Program-made: the position numbers and the translations under genes
Assembly: GCF_024521635.1 (NCBI RefSeq)
Contig: NW_026250405.1
Coordinates: 806,001 to 870,000 of the forward strand
DNA: 64,000 nucleotides
Source of the DNA: Tricharina praecox
Taxonomy: Eukaryota
Reading direction: 5' to 3'
Part shown: in pieces, positions 27,018-38,941 of the stretch
Layout of the letters: every line of letters begins with the position of its first letter
Numbering within the stretch: the stretch's first letter is position 1
The notes under the pieces: model-generated
What the model saw: the letters and a program-made list of their open reading frames with translations, nothing else
Database searches by the model: none
What the model was told of the DNA's origin: nothing

Positions 27018-28078
27018 GAGGAGCGACGCAGTCCAGTCGGGAGTTCAATCGCGGGAGATGTCGCAGTGGGTGTTTGTATTTGTATGAATAAGTAGCCGTA
27101 TCAAGGGTCTGCAAGAGGGAGGGGGGAAGGTGGGCGGAATGGATTGTGGTGACGATGCCGAGGGACATGACAATGCCACTGTGGGAGGCGGGGTGCATAA
27201 AGTACTCGCGTTCCATACAGTGCTCTAATACTAATGTGATGTGCATCAGAACGCTCATGCAGTGCAGGGGATTGACTTGGTATGCATACAGGCGGTTTGG
27301 CCGTTGTTGTTGCTTGCGGCCAAGTGTTTGGAGCAGCTGTTGGACGATCCGCAATGTTTCTGATTGGCGGCTGCATGGGCAAACACCCGGTGCCGATTTC
27401 CCAGAGTGGACGGTGGACAGTGGACGCTGCGGATAAATCGTGAGTGCTATTTACTAGTAGTACCGGTACCGAAGACAGTGGATTCTCCAGCTAAACCGTG
27501 CCGATAGACCCTGAGAGCTCCAGATAAATCTTACATAAGTATGATCATACCTGATGCCATTCCCGACGCCCACAGCGAGAAAGAAACGTATAGATATAGT
27601 ACCGACACGAATGCAAGACTCCACAATTCCGCCATGTCTGCCTACTACAATCCAGTCATCGATAGCGTAGATACCGTGGTCCTGATCGAGATCTGTCGCA
27701 TCCACCAACCCGTTCGTAACCGCCCGCACCTGCAAGGTGGTAAGTAAACCACCACCACCACCAGCTCCGCCAGCTCCCAACAATAAGTTCGCTAATTCTC
27801 CAACAGCTATCTGGATATCGATAATGGAGCTTTGCAACTGGCCTAGCGCGAGTCACACGGCAGCCACCGAGCCCAGCGCTGCACTGCTGCATTCTCGCCC
27901 GTTTCAAAATTCAACGCGATAACTAGAGTGCCGTACCTACCGTACCTCTACCTGTTCCAACACTCCAATTCCCCCGGGCCCGTAGAAAGCTCCCCACTGT
28001 CCACATCGCCTCACCCCCTCCCCTCCAACCCGCCCTCTCCAGCCGCCCGCCCAACATCAACTACAACAACAAAGCACA

Positions 28079-28921
28079 ATGACCCTCCCCACGACGCCGC
28101 ACCTCCGTCTCTCGCGCAGCCTCCGCCAGCTGCACCCAGAGAGCGTGACCTACCTGCCGCCGGCGCCGTTCGAGGTGTTCCAGCAGATCCCCGCCGACCA
28201 CGAGCGTCCAGAGTCATGGACGCTGCTTGGGACGTATAAGATCGCTGCACAGTGCGGATGGCTCTCACACTCCAGGATCGATGACGACGGCGCGAATATC
28301 TTCCTGGTCGGTACCGAGACGTCGTCTACTGCGCTGGAACGGGTCGGGAGGGCGGGGGAAGGGCTGGGAGAGCAGCAGGAGCAGCAGGAGCAGCAGAACG
28401 AGCAGCCACAACACGAGCAACCTCAGCACGACCAAGCCCGTCTACAAACCCCCGAGGCCGAGAAGCCGGACCCGTTCGCCGCCGCTGCGGCCTCAGAGCG
28501 CCCCCCTTTGCCGCCTGCGGTAGATAGCGTCCCGGTACAGCTCCCGCCCACACCTCCCCCGGCGGACGACGACCTAACAATCTCGTACACGCACGTGCCA
28601 CTGACCGAGCAAGCGATCAAATCTCTCGACGCGGACCGCCGACCCTCCCCGGCCGCCATCAAACTGGAGACCTCGGCCGTCTCGATCCCGCAGAACAAGA
28701 ACAAGAACAAGCAAGAGAATGAGAGGGAATACGATCCCGAGATGCCGACGGCAGGCTCCTACGCCGACCTGTGCGTCTCCATGAGCGAGAGCCAGTACTC
28801 GAATATTTCCGCCAATGACGGGAAGAGCGACGATGAGAGTGATCGGTGGAGCGAGATCTCGACCGGCCCGGTGGATCGGCAGTGGACGGTTGTCTTCGAG
28901 GAGAAGGATGAGATGGTTTGA
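28079..28921 (+). CDS. Hypothetical protein (280 aa) with a short ordered N-terminal region and an acidic disordered tail carrying AIM/LIR-like motifs
   Basis: CA-rich leader and ACAATG start context, GC-rich third codon positions, T-rich 3' flank. No family recognised. Confidence 0.7.
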   Translation: MTLPTTPHLRLSRSLRQLHPESVTYLPPAPFEVFQQIPADHERPESWTLLGTYKIAAQCGWLSHSRIDDDGANIFLVGTETSSTALERVGRAGEGLGEQQEQQEQQNEQPQHEQPQHDQARLQTPEAEKPDPFAAAAASERPPLPPAVDSVPVQLPPTPPPADDDLTISYTHVPLTEQAIKSLDADRRPSPAAIKLETSAVSIPQNKNKNKQENEREYDPEMPTAGSYADLCVSMSESQYSNISANDGKSDDESDRWSEISTGPVDRQWTVVFEEKDEMV

Positions 28922-29374
28922 TTTGGAAAAATGGTTGCTGCGAGTTCGTTCTTTACCTATCTTATCTTATCTTGGTTTGCGTTGCTTTTTGGCCCTTTTT
29001 GTCGCGGAGTCTCCTGTAATGTGTTTTGCCATTTCAAAGGTTGGTGAGTTAGTCGGTCGGTTGAGGTTGGGAATGGGTCCTGGGGGGTGGGAGTACACGG
29101 TTATTATTATTATCATGATCATGACTTGACGATTCGGTATACCTCTCGCTCTGTTGTGGTTCGCTATTCCTTACCTATCATACATAGGGACGATGGGGGT
29201 AGTTCATGCTTGCTTGCTTTGCTTGCTATTCATATGTTCCTATGGTAGGTATGCAAGCCACCCCGCGCCGTGACCAAATGTGGGCCCTCAACTGGCAACT
29301 GCCGAGCTCTCTCTCTATCGTACAATACATTCGTAGTTCGCCAGCGGCCATACAAGTCCGCCCGCCCCACCACA

Positions 29375-31105
29375 TCACATCAGCAAACACTCCTCCTCAG
29401 AGCGTAAACACTTCAAGTTCAACTTCCCACGCCCCTCCCAATCGCGGTGCACACCGCCCTTCCTGTCGACAGCCCACTCACAGCGCTCATCGCCGACGCC
29501 GCCCACCTCGCGCACCCACAGCCTAACGACCACGACGCGGTCCTCAAACACGACCACGACCTGCTCGCTCCCCGCCGACATGCCGAGAATCTCTCCAGAA
29601 CCGATCGCAATATCTCTGCACGTGGTAACCAGCTCCCAGCCCACATCCACATCCACATCCTCCCGGCCCCTCCCCCGGCCGCCCCTGCCGCCCGTCCACG
29701 GAATCCGCTCCAGCGGTAGCACGTTCAGCCTTCCCTCGGCGGGCGAGAAGGCGATGTACCCGGCGACGGTGCGGCCGTCGACGATTTGGCTCCAGACGGC
29801 GTAGCCGGCATTTGCGTCTCCGCGGCTTTGCGGGCGCCGGTACAGCGTGCAGCGGGGCTCATACGGCGCCACGGTCGCGATGCGCACCGCGCCGCTCTCG
29901 CGCTCTGTGAGGATATAGTAGCTATCCCATATATGCATTGCGTCCGTGACCTGCACCCCGCCCGCGCCCTCCCCACCTCCGCCCCCGCCAGTGTTTAGGT
30001 GCTTCGGCACCCATCGGCGCGCGCCGCGGAAGTGCTTGAACAGTAGTTCGGCGTCATCGTCGGACTGCTGGTCGGCCGCGCCGGCGGCCGCGCCGTCCTT
30101 CAGCCCGTTTATGCGGCGCCGCGCGAGCTCGTGCGAGTCCTCATTGCTCCAGGCGGCGCCGAGGAATGCGGAGTGTCCCTGTGCGCTTACAGAGAGCTGG
30201 CGGCCCGACATGCTGAAGGATAAGGGCGGTGAGAGGTTGATGCTCAGGCCTGGGGAGGTCAGGATCCATTCGTGCTTCCGCGGCTGGGATTTGGACTTGG
30301 AGGAAACGCTGGCTCGGGCTTTTTGTTTTTCGGAGTGGAGTGGGGCCGCCGCAGCTTCCGGCCGGAAGAACCGGCCCCGCCGCTCCGCGAGCGCGTGGCT
30401 CGGGTGCACCAGCACCAGCTCCGCACCCAGCACGGCCACCAGCGGCGTCGAGTTCCTTTCCGGCGTGATGGCGATAGCACAGGGGTCCTTCAATCCGGGA
30501 ATTGTGATGCTATATGTATGCACTGGCATGAATTTCGGCGTGTCCCTCGCCAGGAGCTGATACATATGCACTCCCGTCTCGTCCAAGACCGCAAGAAACG
30601 CCTCACTCACGGCGAGCGCCACCGCGCGCGCGCGCAGCTTGAGCGTGGTCAGCAGCCGCACCGGCGTCCGGCGGGTGTCGAAGACGTGCACGCGCCTATT
30701 CTTGACCGCGTACGCCAGCAGGCTGGCGGAGACGGCGAAGCGCCGGGTGCGCAGCGGGACGGCGCACGCATCGCGCCATGTCGCCGCCGCGCAGCACAGG
30801 TCCGATACGTCGTAGGTCACGGTCGAGGAGAACTCGCCGAAGAGCGCTTGTCGCGCGTAGAGGGACAAAAGCTGCCGCACCGCCGAGATCGCGAGCTTGC
30901 GCGGGACCGTGGCGGGCCCGAAGCGGGAGCGCAGGACCGCCAGGTGCGGTTTTAGAAGCGCTTGGGAGACGTAGCCGGAGGAGAAGAGGAGGCGCCGGAA
31001 ACGGCTGCAGACTACGGAGGCGGTGAAGAGGGAGGCCGTCGGTAGGTACTGCAGGATTCGTGCGATGAGGGCGTCGTTGAAGGTGAGGAGCGTGCGGGGA
31101 GCCAT
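29375..31105 (-). CDS. F-box protein (576 aa) with a probable beta-rich C-terminal region and terminal CaaX box (CLLM)
   Basis: From the ATG at 31105: LLTFNDALIARILQYLPTASLFTASVVCSRFRRLL is an F-box pattern. The longer ORF-track start (31528) adds a low-complexity leader that looks non-coding. Confidence 0.8.
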   Translation of the reverse strand: MAPRTLLTFNDALIARILQYLPTASLFTASVVCSRFRRLLFSSGYVSQALLKPHLAVLRSRFGPATVPRKLAISAVRQLLSLYARQALFGEFSSTVTYDVSDLCCAAATWRDACAVPLRTRRFAVSASLLAYAVKNRRVHVFDTRRTPVRLLTTLKLRARAVALAVSEAFLAVLDETGVHMYQLLARDTPKFMPVHTYSITIPGLKDPCAIAITPERNSTPLVAVLGAELVLVHPSHALAERRGRFFRPEAAAAPLHSEKQKARASVSSKSKSQPRKHEWILTSPGLSINLSPPLSFSMSGRQLSVSAQGHSAFLGAAWSNEDSHELARRRINGLKDGAAAGAADQQSDDDAELLFKHFRGARRWVPKHLNTGGGGGGEGAGGVQVTDAMHIWDSYYILTERESGAVRIATVAPYEPRCTLYRRPQSRGDANAGYAVWSQIVDGRTVAGYIAFSPAEGRLNVLPLERIPWTGGRGGRGRGREDVDVDVGWELVTTCRDIAIGSGEILGMSAGSEQVVVVFEDRVVVVRLWVREVGGVGDERCEWAVDRKGGVHRDWEGRGKLNLKCLRSEEECLLM

Positions 31106-32778
31106 TGCTGCTGCCGCTGGGCGAAGAGATCGGAGGGAGAGTGGGGTAGGTGTGTATGTGTGCGGCGGCGGAGAGGTGTTTGTAACCAATTCCTTCGGGC
31201 CCGGCTGCACGATGAGCTGTGTGCTGTGTGCTGTGAGCTGTGTTTGTGCTGTGTTTGTTGTTAGCTGTATGTACGTACATAGGCTCAGGACTGAATGGGG
31301 ACATACGGACGGATACCCACAGGCTATACGGTTGATCGTGGCGTTTGCAAATACCCGAATGGCGAATGGACAGGCAGACAGCAGAGCCCAGGCTCTACCT
31401 AGGCATGTAGAACAGGAAGTGACGGAATACCTATATGGACGAGGATTGGAAGTGGAAGTTGGATGTTGGAAGTCGGACGTGGGATGTGGAACGTGGAAAC
31501 GTGGTGCACTCACTCTCCTACCTATCATACTACCTACCCCGATTGCATGTTCGATATATTGGACTCTACTCTACCTACTCTACTCTACGTTGTAGGTATG
31601 ATGCCTTTATGATGACTGACTGTATGCAGGAACAGGAGCAAGGGAGCCACTGTTTTGAATTGATATTGATATTCAATTTCCTGGAATGGCGCTCTCCTCC
31701 GCCAGTTCCAGTTCCAGGCGCGGGGGGAGCTACCCGCTTCGAAAAGGCCAGAAGCGCATTAATTTCTGTTAATCAGGCAAAGCAAGGCAGTTCAAGGCAG
31801 TTGAGTCATCGGCTACTTTACAGTACTGAATACTTGTTAGCTACCGAAGTAGGTCAAAGCGACGAGGAAGCGGTGGCAGGGTGTGCTGATTAGTTAGGTA
31901 GAATACTTGACATGAGCCGATGCGGAGCTCAGCTCTTCAGCTCCCTCCAGCTCGGAGTAGAATTGAGTTGCTTGCTTGATTGATTGCCTCCCCCTCCCCT
32001 CTCCCACTCCCGCTTCCGCCATACATACCCTGCATTAATTCCAGGCGATCTGGATCCCCTGCAGACTATGTACAGTCGTTTCATCGCCGTCTGGATCCAG
32101 CCATCATACCTAGGCAATCGCTTGTTTCAATCACTTCAAAGTTCAATCACTGCGTCGGCTCGCGGCGGCGGGGATCGCCAGGCCCCCCGGATATATACTC
32201 CAGATTATTCCAAAAGCTGGGATGGTGGACGCCTTATGTTCCCTGGCAATCTCCCGAGGACATGTGTGAGCGGGGCCGGATAAGCACTGCTCCTGGGAAC
32301 ATATTAGATATGGTGACGTTGTGTTCTCGAATACTGAAATGAACTTTTTCGTTGTGTCTGCAATTGTTCCTGCCGTATCAACCATCGCCAAACAGTACCT
32401 TTCTCACTTCAGGCCAGAACTCCGCCAAATCCGATGGCCCCACTCGGGTATTTTCGATGTATGACACCTAGATCTCTGGGCCCCAGAACGTGGTACATAG
32501 AAGGTACTCGACAGGAAAACAATTCCCGATAATCTCTGCACTTGCCACTGTCCAATATCGCCCGATTCAACTAAGCTGCCGTACCTAAGTATGTAGGTAT
32601 ACCCACAGGACAGGCTATCTACTGTACGTAGGACAAGCAGTCCGTCCATCAGTAGGGCCGCTCAGGGTGAGTACATCGAGGCGGAGAAGACGTACGCTGC
32701 TTCGTCATTTTGCGCCACGAACGTAACTACCGGTATCCCATCGCACATCGCACATCCCCCCTCCCTTCCACGGGCCCA

Positions 32779-33591
32779 TCACCACTTCTCTTCGGGATTC
32801 GCCCTAAACTCCTCATAGTCCTTGAGGACAAAGAACGATATCTCGGTCTCGTGTTCTGCCTCGCCGCTTGAGAATCAGTACACCACATTTCCCGCAACCA
32901 CCTCCGCCACCACCTCCGCCGCCGCTGCGAGACAGGACAGGTCAGGACACCCACCGCAGCCATAGCTCGCCAGCGTCGCGCTGTCGTCGCGGAACATCAG
33001 CGTCTCCTCTTTGTCCTCCATGTTGATGATCAAGTTGTTGGTCTTGGTTCCGTGCGCCTTCGTGTACAGCTTGAGGGTATCTGCGCGTGCCGGCGGCGTC
33101 AGTGTTTGCAGTTTGCACCCCGAGTCGCGCGGAGGGGAGGGGGGTCGGGGGAGGAGCCGCGCATACCGGGCTGCAGAGTCTTGTAGGCCTTGAAACCGGG
33201 CTGGGTTTGCACATCTTTATGTGTAGGTAGCGTGAAACCGCGTCAGCATTCGCGTCATCGTCAGCGCCATCGGGGGCCGGAGGTCGGAGGTCGGAGGTCG
33301 GAGTGAGAGTCTGGTGGCCGCGCGCCGGGGGTGACGTACGGGTCTTGACCAGTTCCTTCAGCTCGCCCGCCGTGAGCGCGGTCAGGTCCAGGTGGTGCAG
33401 AATCACGTTCTTGTACGTCCGGTACGGGAAGTTCTTGATCACGCGGATCGTGAGCGTCGCATCGGTGACTTTTTGGGGGCCCGGGCAACGATCAGCTTGC
33501 TTGCTTGCGCTGAGGAACACGGGGATGGAACGGGGACGGGAACGGGGAACAGGGACGGACTTGGGCGGTCGTAGATACTTGTTTCGGCCAT
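32779..33591 (-). CDS. AIM29: Aim29 / DUF2340 (C2orf76-like) protein; exons 33591-33579, 33468-33340, 33214-33167, 33080-32955, 32855-32779
   Basis: Spliced product MAETITDATLTIRVIKNFPYRTYKNVILHHLDL...DTLKLYTKAHGTKTNNLIINME...YGCEHETEISFFVLKDYEEFRANPEEKW*. Confidence 0.88.
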
Positions 33592-33929
33592 GTTGTTGTT
33601 GTTGGCGGGACTCGGGAGTTTGCGTCGGGTCGGTGGTTGGGCGGGAATGTGGATTCAAAGTTTGTTTGGCGGATGGAGGAGAACTTGGAAACTTTTAGAA
33701 ACGTGCGCCGGCTGGGGATCGATGGCGGGGTATCTATTAGCAAATATGATGCGAAATTTGGGTTGGGTTGGGCTGGGTGGTCCGTGCCCGATTAAGACTT
33801 CGCTTGGACAATCGATGTGCTTTCACATGTCGTTCACCCTCCCACTCCGTTCCCCATACGAATCATTTCCATGTCGGGTCGGGAGACTTTGGTGAATGGG
33901 GCTGCAAATACTCAATTGAGGCCGCTTCT

Positions 33930-36142
33930 ATGAACTCACTGCCCCGCAGAAAGACATTCGTACCACCAAGTGTCCACCGCAAAGCTGCCGTTCCGACGGG
34001 TCGTTCACCTTTTCAAGGGTCATACACACCCATTTACATGAACAATTGTTTTTGAGGATCTGGACAGAGGACCACAGGGACGGAATGCTTCTCGCTTGGT
34101 TGGTGCGGAGCACCGTTCATTTCCTACGATTAGCGGCGGGTGCCCATTGGACAATAACCTGCCCCACTTCCTCCACAACCTCCTTTCCGAACACTTCAAT
34201 TTACGTATCGTATTTTGATTGGGAGTCTGGGAGATATCAAGCTGGAACCCAGGACAACTGCCTCCGACATGAGTTGCACAACACACTTCCGGACGTAATC
34301 TTCGACTGGGCCGCGGCAACTGCTGAGGACACGCTGCGGTTTGCTACACGCCGTCCTTCTGCTCGAGAGTGGGCTCCTCCAGCGACTACATATGGATCTG
34401 AGACATGCTACGACAACGTACCATACCTTAACTGCGAATAGCTACTACCGCGTAGGCACCTCATCTTTAGCCGTCAATTCTTTGTCAGGTTTGTGCGTGA
34501 GAATGTGCTTGTTCACGGCAGCCAGGATGGGGCCTCGTCAGAGAAAACTTCTCTTTGTTTTGCTGATCGCCCCGCATTCCCTTCGTTTCCGCTGGCTGCT
34601 CTGCGCTCATACGTAGCCCATTCTCCGACAATCAATGATCACTAAATTCTCCCGTTGACGTAGAGTGCCCGTCCTCAATCCCGGTCTCATGCATCCCCAT
34701 GACTAGCCTCCTCGGTAGCCTGAAGCCCACCTTCCACCGAGCTCATCTTCCTCTTTCCTCCCTCCAACCAACCACTTCACCGCCCCTCGCAACAATTCTC
34801 CTCCACCTCAGCATCCGGCGAGCGACGACGACGACGGGCGAGCCGTACGAATGATTCTCCCGAAGTCCTCCATGAACCCCCGCAGTTCTCGAATCCGCAC
34901 ATCCCCCACCAAGAGAGCTCGCACTGAAGTGGTGCTCGCCATCTCTGCCGATGGTAGGGCACAAGCAAAGGCCACCGTTGTGTATCAGCAGCCGGCAGTT
35001 CATGCAACCGTAACGGCAATCGACGGCGACGATAATATTTCCAGTGGATACGACTCGTTCGAAGAAAGCGATTCCTCGTTCGATGGGGATGCTCCGAGGG
35101 GAATGGCGCCTGACGGGAGCGAATACCTCTCGTACCGCCGCCGGAGGTGCAGCAGCGCCGTCGGTTCCGACCAGATGTTCCACAGCAGCACAAACTTGGC
35201 GGCCAGTTTTGGAGCTCCCAGGACGCCCAAAAGAGCCCGTGGTGTACTGGCGAGAGTAAACGGAAGGAGGAACAGGGCGGAATCTGCGTCGACGACTCTT
35301 CCGACACCGCTAAAAAGCAGTCCACCGCCGTTGAACGGCCATATCAGAAGATCGCAATCTTTCGCTACCAACCCCACACCTCAACTGCCTCAATTCGAGG
35401 ACCTGGATGAAGACGGATCGGAGGCAGAAACGGTGGTTGACGAGCCGATTGAGCTGCCCATGGACATTGGTGATGCGGACGGCGATGCTCTTACGGCACT
35501 GAAACGGTTACTGGCTCAGAGCCGTGCCGCCGGTGGTGGTGGTGGCGGTAAGTACCTTCCGCTAGCTCTAGTTGGTGGTCGTGCTAATGTGACTTAGCCG
35601 GATCTTCCCCCGCGATGTTACGATCGGCCCGCCCCAGAAACACGTTAAAGCGAACCTACGGCACGCTCAATCGCTCCGGCAAACCCGGATCTACCCACGA
35701 CACCAGCTCGTCGTCTCCAATCATGTCCCGCACGACCGCCGTACCCACGCCCCGTCGGAAGTTCCGTCGACGCCCCCTCGCCGATGGCGGCTTCCACTAC
35801 AGACATCACCTCGGAAACGCCTCGCCCACAACCGTTACAGACCCCGACTATGATTCCGACCGGGCGCTATCGGATGTGGACGGGGATGCCACCGGCGAGA
35901 CGAGGTGTGTTTGCGGACGGCAGGACGACGGCGGGAAGACTATGGTGGAATGGTAACTGCCTACCTACTCCACTGGCCGCGACTGGATGCTCGGTGCTGA
36001 CGGGGTTTACAGTGACTCCTGCAAATACTGGCTGCACCTGAAGTGTCTAGGCTACGGCAACCGCAGGACTCTGCCAAAGGTCTTCATCTGCACCTACTGC
36101 ATCCATGTGAGGCCGCAGCCGAGACATCGGACTCGGTCGTGA
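33930..36142 (+). CDS. PHD-finger protein (C-terminal Cys4-His-Cys3); 5' exon structure and start are uncertain
   Basis: Splicing at about 35953-36012 gives TRCVCGRQDDGGKTMVECDSCKYWLHLKCLGYGNRRTLPKVFICTYC. Upstream coding exons at about 34719-35548 and 35598-35952. The start at about 33930 is tentative. Confidence 0.75.
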
Positions 36143-37000
36143 GGTGAGGCGATGTTCGGACGAAACCACAACGAGCAACTGCATTCCCCCAAAAAACCAA
36201 CACGATCTGGTCTCCCTTCCACGGTTGACCAACCCCTCACCCCCACTTACGATTTTTTGCAATATTTCCTCTCTACGATATCATGGAGTATACGGTGTAC
36301 ACAGCGAGCGTCTTATTTTTTTTTTTTTTTTTTTTTTGGGTATAGCATGAACTTACGACGTAACATGTACCTTTTGTTTTGCTGCGTTTGGAGCTTTGGA
36401 TAGCAACTATAAGCATCGTTGGCGAAGGAAACAGGTTGCGGATTTCCAATAGGTACAAAATGGATTGGGTGGACTCTGGAGGAGTTTATCTCGGGATCTG
36501 CGGAGATGTGACGATTTTTGATTTTTGACCCTGCATGAAAGAAGGAAATTTGGTTGTATTCAGAGAAGAGAGAGAGAAGAGAGAGGAAATCAAACTTATT
36601 GTCGCATGCATTACGGCCTGTCTACCTACTCTAGAGCAGAGTCGACTACCTATGGCGACTGACTTGGCTCCATGAACTTGGCTCCATGAACTTTGAACTT
36701 TGAAGCACAGCTGAAGTGAGACCATCGGACAATGCGGTGCCGACTGCGAGTGATGGCGTGTGCTTGTGCGCACAGTAGTTGTGTGCCAAGTTGGAGGTGG
36801 GACGAGTGATACACTGTGGTTATGTTGAAGATTCGATTGCGATTGCGGTTGCGGTTGCGGTTGGCGAAACCGCTGCGGCGGTTATAGGTAGGACTAAGGA
36901 CATCAAGCGGATCTACGAAGTGAGACTCGTGGGTTCTACATACATAGGTAGTCGGGAAATGATGGTGGTGGCGGTTGTGGTGGTGGTGGTGGTGGAATCC

Positions 37001-37108
37001 ATGGACTGGACGGACTACTTTTACGCAGTCCGTCCAGAATCCAGATGGCCGACGAGAGCCGATCTAGGCAGTCCGGACCGGACTAAATATGTCGACAGTC
37101 GAACACTG
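37001..37108. mobile_element. Truncated family A MITE copy (one arm)
   Basis: GGACGGACTAC-TTTTACGCAGTCCGTC...GATCTAGGCAGTC...GTCGAACACTG is colinear with 23909-24059. No left TIR or TSD found. Confidence 0.8.
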
Positions 37109-37614
37109 GATCGGATCAGACGACCGAGGATGCTGGTACTGCGATATCCGCTGGTACATATATACGTATGCTCATCTGCTCGTTCCGAGTTTCAACTGTG
37201 CGGGAACTTCAATCTTGATGCATAACCGCTTCGTATTCATGAAAAACAAAACAAGAAAAGGGGTTGGTGATGTTCTCTCGGAGCCGAATACCGTAGTTAC
37301 GCTCTGGACTTTGGACTCTGGAGGATGAAACGACTGGAAATGTTGAGCATCATTAAATTTCATGAACGTAAGTATGTGGATAGTAAATACTTTACGAGTA
37401 TGCACAACCGATTATATATCTACCGCAGAATCCGACTCGTCCGGCTCCTTTCCCTTCCTCCTGTCGATGGAGGGGGAAAACATATGCCTTAGCTATTCCA
37501 CGCAGACGGCGGAACGATCCGTGGATCAGGAGTCGATTTCGTTTTTGTCCGAGCCAGCCCCCCCCCCCCCCCCCCCCCCCATCTATTACGCACTGACTAC
37601 CAAAGTACTCCTGT

Positions 37615-38941
37615 CTAAACATCCACGACCCTCTCCCTCGACGTCCCGGCCGTGTTATCGGGCTTCAGTTTCTTGAACTGTTCGACGCCTTCCAGCTCGT
37701 ACGGATACGACTGGTCGTTCGCCCTGTACCTGGACCTGGACCTGGAGCTGCTGGTGGGGATGATGCTTGCCGGCAGCAGTCGTCTCAGGAACGGCCGGAG
37801 CGTCGGTATGCTGCAGCAGATGATGGCGATGTGCGTTTCAATATTGGACCAGAGGGCGATGGGGAGGGCGCGGTCTGCGGTTGTGTTAGCGGGGTGAGGG
37901 GGCGGGGGGAGGGACAGCCTGGACGGGGGACGGACAGGTTGGGTCTACGGTTATGTTCTCGCTGATCATTTTTGCGGCCACGCGGGCGTAGTAGAGGCGG
38001 ACTATAGCAGAGATCCAGACCCTATTCCTCCAGTACGTTAGCGATGCAGCACTCGCCCGCCGGGGGTAGTAAACTCGGGGAGACGCACAACCCGCCAAAC
38101 GCAAACACGATAAATAGCCCGACCTTCTGCGAGCGGGGCAAGCGCACGCTGTAGATAATCTGCAGCGGACTCAACCACACGACAAAGTCGGTAAAGATGT
38201 TGATGACGCCCATGACGAGCTGCAGCGTGCCGTACGAGATGCACCGCCCCGTGCGCACGTCTGCAGTTGGGTCCTTGGACTCCCAGAACAGGTACGGCTT
38301 CGTCTTGCAGATCAGCGCGTGCGAGAGGAAGGCTGCCAGCGTGAAACACGTGCTGAAGCCGAAGAGAAACCAGAACGCCTTGCGCAGCCGCGGCGTTGGC
38401 GCCAGCCGAATGAGTTGCAGGAGCAGCGAGGACCGCGAGAAGCCGAGGCTGAGAATGTATAGGATGTGGAGGGGGTAGCCGTACTGGAGGGAGGTTGTCA
38501 GTGCGCGAGAGGAATGGCGGAGGAGGGGGAGGGAAGTGCATACCTTCAGGATCATCTCGATGTTGGCGTATCCAACCATCCAGGCGTGCTGGCCGAGACC
38601 GTAGTGGGCGCTGGCGAACATTGTTCCCGTGAGGCCGAGAGCGAGTACCTGATGACACCGCCGTGAGCGAACGAACCATAGCGAGTGAGGTGGTATGTAT
38701 GGGTATAAAAACTCACGGCGGCAATGATGACACAATAATCGTCCCAGCCGACGACCCTCAAGATCACGGCGCGTCCATAGAGGCGGAACAGGACGATCAG
38801 CGTCGCCACGGCGGACAGTATCCCCGCCGAGATGGTCAACTGCGGCGTAAGCGAGTCGGTCGGAAGTCCTTGGGCTGCGATGGTGGCGGCGTCGAGTATA
38901 CCGCTTGGCGGTGCATCACGCGCATAGAAGCCTGTGAACAT
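37615..38941 (-). CDS. PTH11-like (fungal rhodopsin-domain) integral membrane protein without CFEM, multi-exon
   Basis: Motifs VLFRLYGR, GWDDY, HYGLGQHAW, FSRSSLLLQLIRL, INIFTDFVVWLSPL, QKVGLFIVFAFG and LWSNIETHIAIICCSIPTLRPF. Canonical introns lie between the pieces. Confidence 0.88.

Noticed and set aside
31106..31528. N-terminal extension of the F-box ORF to 717 aa
   Set aside because: The extension crosses simple-repeat, leader-like sequence. The ATG at 31105 has good context and directly precedes the F-box.
34700..34720. In-frame TAG codons upstream of the PHD-gene exon as possible A-to-I-edited stops
   Set aside because: They are more simply explained as an intron 3' end, with the acceptor TAG at about 34716-34718.
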